IMG/VR virus record: IMGVR_UViG_3300046758_000611
Span: 32,001-96,000 of that record
DNA: 64,000 nucleotides
From: a virus
Strand: one strand, 5' to 3'
Shown here: positions 10,332 to 20,329 of the stretch, piece after piece
Position numbering within the stretch: position 1 is the first letter of the stretch
Layout: every line of letters starts with the position of its first letter
The notes under the pieces: generated by a model
Told to the model about the DNA's origin: nothing
What the model saw: only the letters and a program-made list of their open reading frames with translations
Database searches by the model: none
Program-made: the position numbers and the translations under genes

Positions 10332-11672
10332 TTAAACTATCCCTGCAAGTTTTTTGAATCGGTTAGCAAGTTCATTGCCTTCTGATAAAATCTGCTTGGA
10401 TGGTTTAGTTGATTTTATTGCTTTTGATGCCATTCCTTCAGAAATTGACTTTTTTTCTATTGTTTTTGCTTTTGGTGCAGTTGCAACAGATTTTTGTACT
10501 TTTTCTTCAGATTGTTCGTTGATTGAACGGAATGATTCACCAAGAGTTGCGTAAACAAGTTTTGCTTCACGAACATTCTTCGTAAGATCAAAACTTTCTA
10601 CTACTTTTAATTTTTGTGATTCTGCAAGTGCGAACTCTTTAAACAATTTATTTGTATAAAGAAGTTTTGCATTTAACAAATTCACTTCATTCAACTTACC
10701 ACGCAAATATTTGTAGACCTTGCGGTATTCATCGTTTTCTTTTTGAAGTTTTTCGTTTTCTGTTTTCATTTCAGACAAATCGGTATTTCCAACTTCTTCT
10801 TCAATATTTGATTCTTCCTCAAGTTCTTTGAGAATTTCTTCAAGATTGATTTCTTCGTCTTCGTCTTCTTCTTCGTCTTCTTCTGAACATGAACTTTCTT
10901 CGATTGACTCTTCATCAGATTCTTCAGATTCTTCTTCATCGGATTCTTCAACAATCTCGATGTCAATTTCTTCATCAATATCTTCTGCTTCGTCTTCAGC
11001 CTCTTCTTCTGTTAATGAAGGGTCTCCTGATTCACAATCTGCACAATCTGCCACATCGACATGATTGTCTTTCGTTCCTATATCGGATGAGTCGGATTGC
11101 TCTTCTACTGACTCTTCATCTTCTTCAGATTCTTCTGCTTCAACTTCTTCTGCGTCTTCAACTTCATCTTCTTCACTAATTTCAAGTTCTGCTTCAAGTT
11201 CTTTAATGATATTTTCGAGATTGATTTCGTCGTCAGATTCTTCGTCTTCTGCTTCATCATCTAATTCAAGTTCTTCTTCAGCACCGGCGTCTGCTTCTTC
11301 AGATTCCTCGTCCGATTCCTCGTCCGATTCTTCTTCAGATTCTTCTTCAGATTCAAGTTCATCTTCGATTTCATCTTCAACTGATTCTTCGTCTTCTTCG
11401 GAATAACTTCCTTCTTCGACTTCTTCAGCAGATTCTTCTTCAGACTCTTCTGTTTCTTCTTCAGAAATTTCAGGTTCGATTTCTATGGAATCTTCTGCAT
11501 CTAAATCTTCAGATTCTTCTGCGTCTAATTCTTCGTCTTCTCTTAACTTTTTTGTAAGCATACTTTGCAAACGAGGTGCAAATGCTTCTTCTAAAGCAAG
11601 ACGGGCATTGGCTAATGCTGTTTCACGGACTGCTTTTGCGTCTGCGATTGCTTCTTGTAATAATTTACTCAT
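10332..11672 (-). CDS. prohead core / scaffold protein (gp22-like), highly acidic
   Basis: 446 aa; LLQEAIADAKAVRETALANA N-term, E/D-rich centre, LNEVNLLNAKLLYTNKLF, C-term RFKKLAGI; directly upstream of capsid gene. Confidence 0.8.
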   Translation of the reverse strand: MSKLLQEAIADAKAVRETALANARLALEEAFAPRLQSMLTKKLREDEELDAEESEDLDAEDSIEIEPEISEEETEESEEESAEEVEEGSYSEEDEESVEDEIEDELESEEESEEESDEESDEESEEADAGAEEELELDDEAEDEESDDEINLENIIKELEAELEISEEDEVEDAEEVEAEESEEDEESVEEQSDSSDIGTKDNHVDVADCADCESGDPSLTEEEAEDEAEDIDEEIDIEIVEESDEEESEESDEESIEESSCSEEDEEEDEDEEINLEEILKELEEESNIEEEVGNTDLSEMKTENEKLQKENDEYRKVYKYLRGKLNEVNLLNAKLLYTNKLFKEFALAESQKLKVVESFDLTKNVREAKLVYATLGESFRSINEQSEEKVQKSVATAPKAKTIEKKSISEGMASKAIKSTKPSKQILSEGNELANRFKKLAGIV

Positions 11673-11819
11673 GATTTTTGTTTTTTTCCTATGTTCTAAA
11701 GTTATTATAAAACTCTAATTGATGAAACTTTTTTGACGTGTTTCCAATATATGTGGAAGCATTTGTAAAATAAATATATACTTACGTATGAAAATATTTT
11801 AAAAATATATAAAAAATTT

Positions 11820-11849
11820 AAAAAAAAAGAGAAGAAACCTTCTCTTTTT
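11820..11849 (-). terminator. rho-independent terminator
   Basis: AAAAAGAGAAG-AAAC-CTTCTCTTTTT. Confidence 0.75.
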
Positions 11850-11867
11850 CATTTTTTAAACTAAAAT

Positions 11868-12452
11868 TTATATAACTTTTCGGTCTCCTAAAATGCGATT
11901 AAGTCGTTCCGAAAGAGTTAAAGTAGACCAATCTTTACTTGCCTTGTAAGTTTTTCCATCGATCTCGATTTTATTTTGATCATCGGAAGACTCTTTAACT
12001 TTGTATGTTTTTCCATCAACTTCAAATTCTTCTTCTCCGTCTTCTTTTGCTTGGGTAACAGCTGCACCGAAAGCATTGCCTTCCTCCACATCTTCCTCAT
12101 CCTCTTCGTGTGTATCACACGATGACTCTTCTAGTTCGTCTTCACCGACAAATTCTTCTGTGTCTTCTTGTTCGGTGATTTCCTTTTTTTCTTTTAATTT
12201 ATATTTTTTTCCACCAACTTCGAATTCTTCTTCCCCATTTTCACGGGCATTTTTTACTGCGGCTCCAAATGCGTTACCTTCTTCAATGTTTTCGTCATCG
12301 GAATTTTCATCTGATTCTTCTTGTTTTTTAAGAATTGCTTTCTTTAATGGTTCAGGAAGTTTTTCTTGTGCTTTGGTAAGACCCTCAAACAATTCAAGTT
12401 CGGATATTACTTCTTTAATAATTTTTTTAAGTTCAGTTCTTGTGATTTTCAT
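11868..12452 (-). CDS. putative head-internal protein with duplicated EGNAFGAAV...FEV.GK.Y module
   Basis: 194 aa; N-term MKITRTELKKIIKEVISE; two 32-aa repeats. Confidence 0.7.
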   Translation of the reverse strand: MKITRTELKKIIKEVISELELFEGLTKAQEKLPEPLKKAILKKQEESDENSDDENIEEGNAFGAAVKNARENGEEEFEVGGKKYKLKEKKEITEQEDTEEFVGEDELEESSCDTHEEDEEDVEEGNAFGAAVTQAKEDGEEEFEVDGKTYKVKESSDDQNKIEIDGKTYKASKDWSTLTLSERLNRILGDRKVI

Positions 12453-12473
12453 AATATTTTATATTTTAAGGTT

Positions 12474-13166
12474 TTAGAAATTTTTACTAACAAATAATTT
12501 ATTGTAGTTTTTTAATATTGATTCATCATCATACTCAAATTTATTGATATGTTTATTTGTACTTTCTTCGATATATTTTACTACCAAAGAACTAATCTGA
12601 GATATATCATTTTCATGTAATTCATTTAATGAATCACTTTTATTGCTCGCATCTTTAATGATGATGTTGGCAAACTTGCTAAATGTTGTTGGATCAAACA
12701 TTTCGTTTGCTCTTTTAACTGATATGTTTTCAATAATTGGTTGAATGGTAAATTCATTAATATCAGAGTTTTCAATAATAGTTTCTACCTGTTCCGTAAC
12801 AAATGATTCGTTCGTTTCACTGAGAATTACATTGTTTTTACCAGAAATTCTTTCAAACGATTTATACGCAGACATGGTCTGTTCCATTAAAGTTCCGTAA
12901 AATTTAGGATTTGGTATAAAATCATAAACATCAATTTCTCCTTTGTAATAACCACCAAAACGTGACTCTTCACAAGAATGAAAATTTAAATTGGTTTGCT
13001 TTGCATACTCATTTACATCAGAAACAGTACCTTCTAATACTTTTTCTATGACATATCCATTAAATCCAAGACTTTTTTTATTTAGTGTTCCCTCAATTTC
13101 ACCTTTAAATGAAATTGTTTCAAGTATTTGTTTTTGAACAAGATTTTTAATTTGTTGTTTATTCAT
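12474..13166 (-). CDS. hypothetical head-cluster protein
   Basis: ORF 12474..13190; likely start ATG 13166 (MNKQQIKNLVQKQILE) overlapping upstream stop. Confidence 0.65.
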   Translation of the reverse strand: MNKQQIKNLVQKQILETISFKGEIEGTLNKKSLGFNGYVIEKVLEGTVSDVNEYAKQTNLNFHSCEESRFGGYYKGEIDVYDFIPNPKFYGTLMEQTMSAYKSFERISGKNNVILSETNESFVTEQVETIIENSDINEFTIQPIIENISVKRANEMFDPTTFSKFANIIIKDASNKSDSLNELHENDISQISSLVVKYIEESTNKHINKFEYDDESILKNYNKLFVSKNF

Positions 13167-13608
13167 TGTTATGTTCCTGTGAAATTTCAAAGTATCTATT
13201 TAATATATTACCCATATCCTCGTATAGTCCTTGCATTCGTTGAGTGTATACCTGTCGTTCGGTTGCGGTCTTATGAAATTGTTTTGCAAGTGATTTTAAT
13301 TCTGATAGATTTCTTTTTACACTAACTGCATCAAACCAGTCATCTGTTTCACTTAACATATATTTTGAAGCAGATGAAATGATATTGCACACATCCTCTG
13401 CAATATCTAAATCCTTTATTTCTGTATTGATATGCTTTTGGTAATTTCCAAATTTATTTATTTTCTCACTGGAAATTTGCTTTTCTTCACTTGACATTTT
13501 TTCATCATGAAATAATGACTCAGTTAATATATCTTCAGAAACTTCATATTTTTTAATTTCTTCAGATATAACATCCTCGATAAGTTTTTTCAATTCCGAT
13601 TTTTTCAT
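13159..13608 (-). CDS. conserved head-cluster protein
   Basis: 149 aa; MKKSELKKLIE N-term, DWFDAVSVKRN, YEDMGNILNRYFEI. Confidence 0.75.
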   Translation of the reverse strand: MKKSELKKLIEDVISEEIKKYEVSEDILTESLFHDEKMSSEEKQISSEKINKFGNYQKHINTEIKDLDIAEDVCNIISSASKYMLSETDDWFDAVSVKRNLSELKSLAKQFHKTATERQVYTQRMQGLYEDMGNILNRYFEISQEHNNE

Positions 13609-14237
13609 TTTACAGAGTCTCCCAGTTCTCCTAGTATTTCATGTATAATAGACTCTACATTACAGAACTTAGTACAAACACGACCGGCGGTAATAGTTTT
13701 GTCCACATTCACAGATTCGTTCATCGCAACTGGCTCCAAGAAAGCACCCCGTGTTGAAGGGTTGCTAACGAAATCAAATGCGACCAATTCAAAATCATCG
13801 TTAACCATTGTTTTACCCTCACTCTCACGAGTTGTTCCCATTCCACGTGAACTAATACCAAGAGTGATTCCTGATTTAAATAACTCACGGAGAATATTAC
13901 CAGCAGGTGTGCTTAAAACTTCAACCGTACCAAGCAAGTTGTCGTTTTCCCACCACATCTTTGTTACATTGTGACTTACATTTTGAAGATTTACTACACT
14001 GCTCTCTGGATGATCAAGTTCTCCAAGTGCTCTCTTATCGTCTATAAGTTCTTGATATTTAGTTGCTTCTCGTTCAAGAAGATCACGACTATATATACGA
14101 CCATTTTGATTTTGTTCTTTTGCTTTTTGCAAAATACCCTGTACAACTAGATTACCGTTGTTTTTATCTATACTTTCATTTATTTGAGTTCTGTTGAACT
14201 CAAATGGCATTGTTGATACTAAAACTTGCTTTGTCAT
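13605..14237 (-). CDS. gp21: prohead protease (gp21-like)
   Basis: 210 aa; NQNGRIY, ALGELDHP, VSH, LGISSRGMG, FDFVSNPST. Confidence 0.93.
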   Translation of the reverse strand: MTKQVLVSTMPFEFNRTQINESIDKNNGNLVVQGILQKAKEQNQNGRIYSRDLLEREATKYQELIDDKRALGELDHPESSVVNLQNVSHNVTKMWWENDNLLGTVEVLSTPAGNILRELFKSGITLGISSRGMGTTRESEGKTMVNDDFELVAFDFVSNPSTRGAFLEPVAMNESVNVDKTITAGRVCTKFCNVESIIHEILGELGDSVK

Positions 14238-14299
14238 ATTATATAAGTATATATCTAAAAATAAATATTTATATCTATTTTGACAAAGTCCGTATAAAT

Positions 14300-14773
14300 T
14301 TAACTAGCAGTATCTTCTCTCGATATAGTATCTGTTGTAACATACTCCTCCACACCTTGGTTAGTATGGGTGGATTTAGAGTTTAATAAATTGATTTCGT
14401 GTGTACACGCCAACCCAACATTTTTTAGTGACTTGATTATATTGTCTATACTATTTCTTGCCGATAAAAGAGTTTTTGTTAAGTCGACTGAACTGAAACC
14501 TTTTCCACTTACAGATGTGTTGCAACTAATTGAATATCCATATAAATTGGTTCTGTCGTCTTTGTTGATTAAAATTTTTGTTTTTGCTTCATCAGTTCCG
14601 AGTGTAAGATGTAGACCATTTGAACTTTCTTTCCAATTATCAGATAAAGCACCTTTTAATTCATGTTTCCACACATCTGACTTAGTAACTCGTGTCTTGC
14701 TCAATTTCTTAGTCAAGTTTTTTCTCTCAAAATTACTTGCATTAATTATATCCATTCGTGTACAATCTTCCAT
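14300..14773 (-). CDS. hypothetical protein
   Basis: 157 aa ORF co-oriented and tightly packed. Confidence 0.55.
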   Translation of the reverse strand: MEDCTRMDIINASNFERKNLTKKLSKTRVTKSDVWKHELKGALSDNWKESSNGLHLTLGTDEAKTKILINKDDRTNLYGYSISCNTSVSGKGFSSVDLTKTLLSARNSIDNIIKSLKNVGLACTHEINLLNSKSTHTNQGVEEYVTTDTISREDTAS

Positions 14774-14778
14774 AATAT

Positions 14779-15243
14779 TTACCTCATGTTTCTAAGTTTA
14801 TCAGAAATTCTTGATATTCTTTCATCTATTTTTGATATAAACTTATTTGTTGTTTTCCAATACAATTTACTGTCTGTCCTTGTTTCGTTTTTAAATTTTT
14901 CCGCAACACTAATTAATTTTTCAATTTCTGTTAAATTTTTATTAATCTCACGGATAGTAATTCCAATTTTTTGTACAGGTGTATAATCCGGATGATCACG
15001 GAATAAATGGAATAAACTTTTTCCTTCGTGTATTGTATTCTTGTGCTTTTCTTTTGAAATTTTAAAATCAAATACTTCAGCTGATTTCTTTATTGAATCT
15101 TTGTGTTCTTCTTCACTGTCTTCTTTATCAAATGCAAATGGTGTAGAGTATCCATCTATATTTGATGTAGAGTTTAATTCACTTAATTGTTTTTTAATAT
15201 AAAGACGAACCAATTCTCTAAATTTTTTTTCAGTTAGATTCAT
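14779..15243 (-). CDS. conserved head-cluster protein
   Basis: 154 aa; LSE|LNSTSNIDGYSTPFAF, YWKTT; overlaps upstream gene. Confidence 0.7.
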   Translation of the reverse strand: MNLTEKKFRELVRLYIKKQLSELNSTSNIDGYSTPFAFDKEDSEEEHKDSIKKSAEVFDFKISKEKHKNTIHEGKSLFHLFRDHPDYTPVQKIGITIREINKNLTEIEKLISVAEKFKNETRTDSKLYWKTTNKFISKIDERISRISDKLRNMR

Positions 15244-16099
15244 GCTTTTTGATCTCTTTGATTAACTCATATGACATAAGCAATGTAGTTACTTGTGAAT
15301 CTCTCACTACACGACCATCACAGATTTTATCAAGTTGAGTAACAACCTCATCTAATTTAATTGCGACAACTGCATCGTCAATTATACTTTCTTTCAAATC
15401 TATAAGTTCTTTTTTAACGTTTGGTATTTCTTTATTTACATATTCACGCAAACTATTTGTATTTGAAATATTGTTTATATAGTTTTTAAGAAGAGTTTGT
15501 TGCCTTTCATCTAAACTACTATATTTTTTATTAAAATTATTTACAAGCAATCTATAACTAATAAGTCTTAAATCTTCATTTTGCTTTTCATAGGTTTCAA
15601 CTATTTCATCATTTTTTAAATAATTTGATTTTGTATTAAGAATGTTTTGCACTATTGTACTCTTTGACTCGAATAATTCTTTTGGATCACAGAATACATT
15701 TGGCGTCTTGCTTTCAAATAATTTATAAATACTTGCGTATGTTTTATAGTTTCGGATTTTAGAACGAAGAAAATCATCGATTGGGTAGTTGTCTTTCATC
15801 TCACGAACCAAATTATATCTTGCTTTACTCAAATTTAACGAATCTAATTTTGAGTGAGATTGCACCACAACCTCCAAAAACTTTTCAGCAGAAGACTCAT
15901 CGGTAAAAGTTTCTTCCATAAGCAATTGATATAATCTTTGCTCCTGACCCAACACACTTTCTTCCGAAAAGTATTTTCTCATAAGTTTATTTGCGTAAGA
16001 CTGTTTATTATCATTGAGAATATCTGCTGTAATTTGGCGTACCAATAACTCGAATAATATTCCGGTATTTTTAAATTTGCTATGTTTTAATTTTTTCAC
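15230..16099 (-). CDS. conserved phage protein downstream of portal
   Basis: 289 aa, GTG start; KHSKFKNTGILFELLVRQIT, FNKKYSSL..Q..LLK.YI. Confidence 0.8.
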   Translation of the reverse strand: MKKLKHSKFKNTGILFELLVRQITADILNDNKQSYANKLMRKYFSEESVLGQEQRLYQLLMEETFTDESSAEKFLEVVVQSHSKLDSLNLSKARYNLVREMKDNYPIDDFLRSKIRNYKTYASIYKLFESKTPNVFCDPKELFESKSTIVQNILNTKSNYLKNDEIVETYEKQNEDLRLISYRLLVNNFNKKYSSLDERQQTLLKNYINNISNTNSLREYVNKEIPNVKKELIDLKESIIDDAVVAIKLDEVVTQLDKICDGRVVRDSQVTTLLMSYELIKEIKKHESN

Positions 16100-16177
16100 G
16101 TGAAGTTGCGATGGTAATGTATATAAATATAAATATAGTTAATATTTGTTAAATTTAATTATCATGTAAATTTTATT

Positions 16178-17998
16178 TTAATCTAATTTTACCTGTTTCT
16201 CTAGATTTTCAACAAAATTTTTTGCATCTTGCTCAGTTTCAACTATTAAATGTTGTGGGTTTGAATCTTCTGTATTCTGCTTTCTTGTTAAAAACTGATC
16301 AAGTTTTTCTAAGTCAGATTCTAACTTAAGTGGACTTTCACTTGTCCGTCCAGATACTTTTCGTTCATCTGCACCAAGTGGGTCACGACCCATTGGTTTG
16401 TCATCCGGGTGGTCATACTTGTTGTGTCTATTTTTTCGTTTTTCTTCTTCTCGTTTTCTTTTATGAACATTATCATCATCAGACTCTTCAAAATTAAAAG
16501 AACCTCCACCTTCATCATCACCACCGTCTTCTGTTGAATCATTAGAACTTTGGTCAGCCGGATCTATTCCTTCATTTTGAATGCTTTCCAATCGAAAAAA
16601 TTCTTTAGCATCATCTACAAAATCATTACGAATTCCTTCTACTTCATCTTCTGCAAGACCAAATATTTTATCATATATCCAATCTTTAGAAAACATTTTT
16701 GCATCAACCATATCACGTGCAGTATTTAATTTTTCGGATAGAATTCTAACACGTTCCTCTTCAAAAATAGTAGACGGGTTTGTAAGTGATAAATTAAAAT
16801 CAACAAGTTTACTATCTTTGTATCCCTGTGAATAAAGATGAACTACTGCTATTTTCGTAAGTTCACTTAGTAAAATTCGTTGAACCCGTTCTATTGTTCT
16901 TGCAAATCTTATATCTTCAGCCGCAAGTGTTGCTTTTCCTGTTATTCCTTCTTCATACCCTAGAAATGCTTTTGGTATTTTAAGTGCGGACATCATTTTG
17001 TTTTTTACATACTCAATATCTTCAGTTCCATCATACGTCATTCCTCCTAAACTTTCTATACGAGTACCACTATCACCGCCACGCACAGGTAAGAAAAAGT
17101 CTTCTGTCATATTTTGTAGATTAAACTTTAAATTATAATCACCAGTTTGTTGGTCTACATAAGGAACTTTTTTCATCTTATTAATAACTTTTTGCATAAA
17201 GTTATCAACTTCGTTCGGTGGGATATTACCAATATCAATGTAAAACATTCTTTTTTCAGGTGCTCTCATAATTCTATGAATAAGCATTGCGTCTTCCATT
17301 AGTTGAAGTTGCTTCCACGAACGTCTAGCAGATTCAATCATGCTTTTTCCGTATGGTAAAAAGTTTGTATCACCGAGCAATCTAAAGTGAGCAATTTCAT
17401 AATTTTCGTATGATGCTTTTGCAGAACCTTCCTGTTTAAAGCAAACATATGATGGATTTTCAGGATCCATATCCTCAAGTCGTGTCATTTCATACGTTGA
17501 AATTGGTTTTACGTTTAAAACTCCATACTCAGGTTCAATCTCTAAATGTAAATAAAAATCACCATACTTACACATATTTCGTGTCCATCCCCATAAATTA
17601 AATTCAATATTTAATATCTCGTAAAAAAGATTTTCTAAGATACCCTTTACATTGGAATCTTGACTGGAAATTTTTAAAACTTCACCAAATTCACTTTTAG
17701 TTGTGCATTCATCCGAATATATGTCCAACGCACTTGATAAAATTGGGTCATTATCCATGACATCATAATCATTGAATAACTCTAATCTAGCAGTTTGAAA
17801 TCCTATACTATTGTGCATACTTACATAATCACTATACATTGTATGCATTCTATTGTACTTATCACGAACACTACTCGAATGCTGAATATCATCTGTGTCT
17901 ACAACTTTAAGTTTTTTTCCACCTACATTTCTAACTACTACATCCGAAGAAAATAATCTTTTTAGACCTGCGAATAATTTATTTTTTGGTTTTGCCAT
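16178..17998 (-). CDS. gp20: portal protein (T4 gp20-like)
   Basis: 606 aa; MEDAMLIHRIMRAPEKRMFYIDIGN, EDFFLPVRGG, ALKIPKAFLG, EDIRFARTIER. Confidence 0.95.
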   Translation of the reverse strand: MAKPKNKLFAGLKRLFSSDVVVRNVGGKKLKVVDTDDIQHSSSVRDKYNRMHTMYSDYVSMHNSIGFQTARLELFNDYDVMDNDPILSSALDIYSDECTTKSEFGEVLKISSQDSNVKGILENLFYEILNIEFNLWGWTRNMCKYGDFYLHLEIEPEYGVLNVKPISTYEMTRLEDMDPENPSYVCFKQEGSAKASYENYEIAHFRLLGDTNFLPYGKSMIESARRSWKQLQLMEDAMLIHRIMRAPEKRMFYIDIGNIPPNEVDNFMQKVINKMKKVPYVDQQTGDYNLKFNLQNMTEDFFLPVRGGDSGTRIESLGGMTYDGTEDIEYVKNKMMSALKIPKAFLGYEEGITGKATLAAEDIRFARTIERVQRILLSELTKIAVVHLYSQGYKDSKLVDFNLSLTNPSTIFEEERVRILSEKLNTARDMVDAKMFSKDWIYDKIFGLAEDEVEGIRNDFVDDAKEFFRLESIQNEGIDPADQSSNDSTEDGGDDEGGGSFNFEESDDDNVHKRKREEEKRKNRHNKYDHPDDKPMGRDPLGADERKVSGRTSESPLKLESDLEKLDQFLTRKQNTEDSNPQHLIVETEQDAKNFVENLEKQVKLD

Positions 17999-18019
17999 TT
18001 TTTTACTTATAAGTTTAAA

Positions 18020-18048
18020 ATTTTAGTATACTAATGATAAAACGTCAA
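18020..18048 (-). promoter_or_regulatory. sigma70-type promoter TTGACG-N17-TAAAAT upstream of portal
   Basis: Hexamers at 18043-18048 and 18020-18025 with a 17-nt spacer. Confidence 0.55.
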
Positions 18049-18050
18049 GT

Positions 18051-18659
18051 TTATAGATCCAGGTCACTGGCTGCCCCTATAATGTCACCTCCATCAAATC
18101 CTTGAAAAGGACCCAATGGATTTTTTTCTTTTTTAAGTGTATCAATGTTTTTTTCTCCGGAGTACAAAACATATTCGACTTTTTCATCTACAATTAAAAT
18201 TAAAACACTTATTTTCCATCCAGTTGTGTGTACATTTTTTCTAAAATTAAGAACATCGAGTATAACACTTCCTTCTCTTTGATTTTTTAATTTTTCTAAA
18301 TTAATTTCATATGCAAGTCCATCTTCTCTGGCAGCCAGAGTTTTAAGAACTCCTGAAGGTAATTCAATTTTATTAAATAAAGTATATCTAGAAGGACTAT
18401 CAAGTTTAAATTTTTCCATTATATCAAGATATGTTAATTTTTTAACATTTGGAATATTTTCAAGATCAAGTCCAATTTTTACTAAATCAATATATGTTGT
18501 TTTCCCGACTTCAATTTTATTAACTAAATCTTCTACTTCAGCATATGACTTATAGGTTGTTTCTGTGTAAATTTGTTGTGTTGGTAGTAGTGACTGACAT
18601 CCTGTGTTGAATAAAACAGAAAAAAGTATCAGTAATAAAGATGTTTTATTTGCTTTCAT
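18051..18659 (-). CDS. putative lipoprotein
   Basis: Start ATG 18659 with AAAGGA RBS; MKANKTSLLLILFSVLFNTG-C has a basic N-region, hydrophobic core and lipobox-like Cys. Confidence 0.75.
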   Translation of the reverse strand: MKANKTSLLLILFSVLFNTGCQSLLPTQQIYTETTYKSYAEVEDLVNKIEVGKTTYIDLVKIGLDLENIPNVKKLTYLDIMEKFKLDSPSRYTLFNKIELPSGVLKTLAAREDGLAYEINLEKLKNQREGSVILDVLNFRKNVHTTGWKISVLILIVDEKVEYVLYSGEKNIDTLKKEKNPLGPFQGFDGGDIIGAASDLDL

Positions 18660-18673
18660 TTTTGATTTCCTTT

Positions 18674-20263
18674 TTAAAATAACCAATTGATATTTTCTTT
18701 TTGACCATTTACCGTATTCATTTCATATGGATTGTTTGTTAATCCAGATTTACCAAACGGAGTTGAATCTAATTGATTTGAACTTCCCATGTAATCGAAC
18801 AAACTTTTTTGAGTTTGTACATTTTCACTTCTAAATCTCAATGCAGTATCTCTTACCCACAATGACATACACAAACTTAATGTTAAATCATCATTATATC
18901 CTTGCATTGCTTCTGCTCGTTGACCATTCCATACAAATGTAAATAATTCTTCAATCGTTCGTTCTGATTGTATTTCGACCTCTTTTTCACGAACATAACT
19001 TTCCATTTTGGAAATTATTAATGGTCTCGTTTTTATAGAGGTTGTAAATCCAGGAACTTGCTTCTTTTCCATACGATTTATTTTATTAGTATGTTGTGTA
19101 AGTTCATCTATATATTGAAAATCTCGTTGTGTATAATATAAATTACTATAACCTTTATCTATAATTTGTTGTAATACTGCCCACCCTATATTCGCATTTT
19201 CCACTACAAGTAAAGCATTATTAAACTCACTTGCTACTGCCACAAGAAGATTTCCGTAATCTTTTGTTTCTATATCTCCTTTAAATTCTGCGACTTGTTT
19301 TACATTATCTACATCAAATACATGAAATGCACTTTTATCACGACCGTCTCCTCTTGCAACATCGGCAGAAACTACATAGTGTTTATTGTGGTTCGCATAT
19401 TCCCATAACCAATATTCTTTATTAGCACCTCGTTTTTCTATTGGTTCTTTTACTAAATTGTTTTTATACCAATCAAGAATAGAAGCATCTACTACCGAAC
19501 GACCACTGCTTATAAAATCACAATCACACTCTTGGGCTGCGTCCTTTTCTCCAAGAACCTTTGTCTGTAAATCTCTCCACTTTTGATCACGTTCAGGGTG
19601 TAATGACCAGTGCAAATTAATTGGATTGAAATCATTTGATCCGTCCATAGTACCAACCCACGTTTTGTGGAAGAAATTACCAATTCCGTTTGGAGTAGAA
19701 AGTAAAATAGAACGACCACCTGTTGTAATTGTAGATTGCGATGCAGTCCATATTTCTTCCATATTCGTAATGAACGCACACTCGTCCACGATAAGTAAAC
19801 TCAGAGAGGATGAACGGGAAGCATCTACACTACTTGAAGCCGCACGAATATTACTTCCGTTTTTAAAACGCATACTTAATTTATTTTTTTCAGTACACTC
19901 ACTTCGCAACCAACTCGGTAAATGCTCAGACATATGCGTTACTTTTGTAACAATATTCTTTGCAGTTTCTTGGTTAATAGCAATACAAAGAATACTTTTA
20001 TCTGTAAAAAAGGTCATCAACCACAAAGCATAACCCGATACTAAAGTTGATATACCCATTTGCCTTGCTTTTAATACAATATTAAATTGCTCGTCACGAA
20101 AACTCTCTAAAGTTTTTTCTTGAAAATCATACAAATGAAATGGTATTGTACCCATAGTTGGGTGCTGAATTTTACAATACTTTTTCATAAAATATGCAGG
20201 TGACTTTAAACACTCAGCATATTCTTGTTTTATTATTTCTCGTAACGGAATTTTATTACCCAT
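18674..20263 (-). CDS. terL: terminase large subunit (gp17-like)
   Basis: 529 aa; LKARQMGIST Walker A, LLIVDECAF Walker B, LSTPNG, SADVARGDG nuclease motif, NDDL; no intein. Confidence 0.95.
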   Translation of the reverse strand: MGNKIPLREIIKQEYAECLKSPAYFMKKYCKIQHPTMGTIPFHLYDFQEKTLESFRDEQFNIVLKARQMGISTLVSGYALWLMTFFTDKSILCIAINQETAKNIVTKVTHMSEHLPSWLRSECTEKNKLSMRFKNGSNIRAASSSVDASRSSSLSLLIVDECAFITNMEEIWTASQSTITTGGRSILLSTPNGIGNFFHKTWVGTMDGSNDFNPINLHWSLHPERDQKWRDLQTKVLGEKDAAQECDCDFISSGRSVVDASILDWYKNNLVKEPIEKRGANKEYWLWEYANHNKHYVVSADVARGDGRDKSAFHVFDVDNVKQVAEFKGDIETKDYGNLLVAVASEFNNALLVVENANIGWAVLQQIIDKGYSNLYYTQRDFQYIDELTQHTNKINRMEKKQVPGFTTSIKTRPLIISKMESYVREKEVEIQSERTIEELFTFVWNGQRAEAMQGYNDDLTLSLCMSLWVRDTALRFRSENVQTQKSLFDYMGSSNQLDSTPFGKSGLTNNPYEMNTVNGQKENINWLF

Positions 20264-20329
20264 TACAGATAAATATGTATATATTTAATTTTCTTATAAT
20301 ATAAAAGTTTCGACGATACCTTGAAACTT

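Noticed and set aside
10828-12477. Plus-strand Ser-rich ORFs
   Set aside because: Antisense shadows of Glu/Asp-rich scaffold and head proteins (GAA/GAT read as TTC/TCx).
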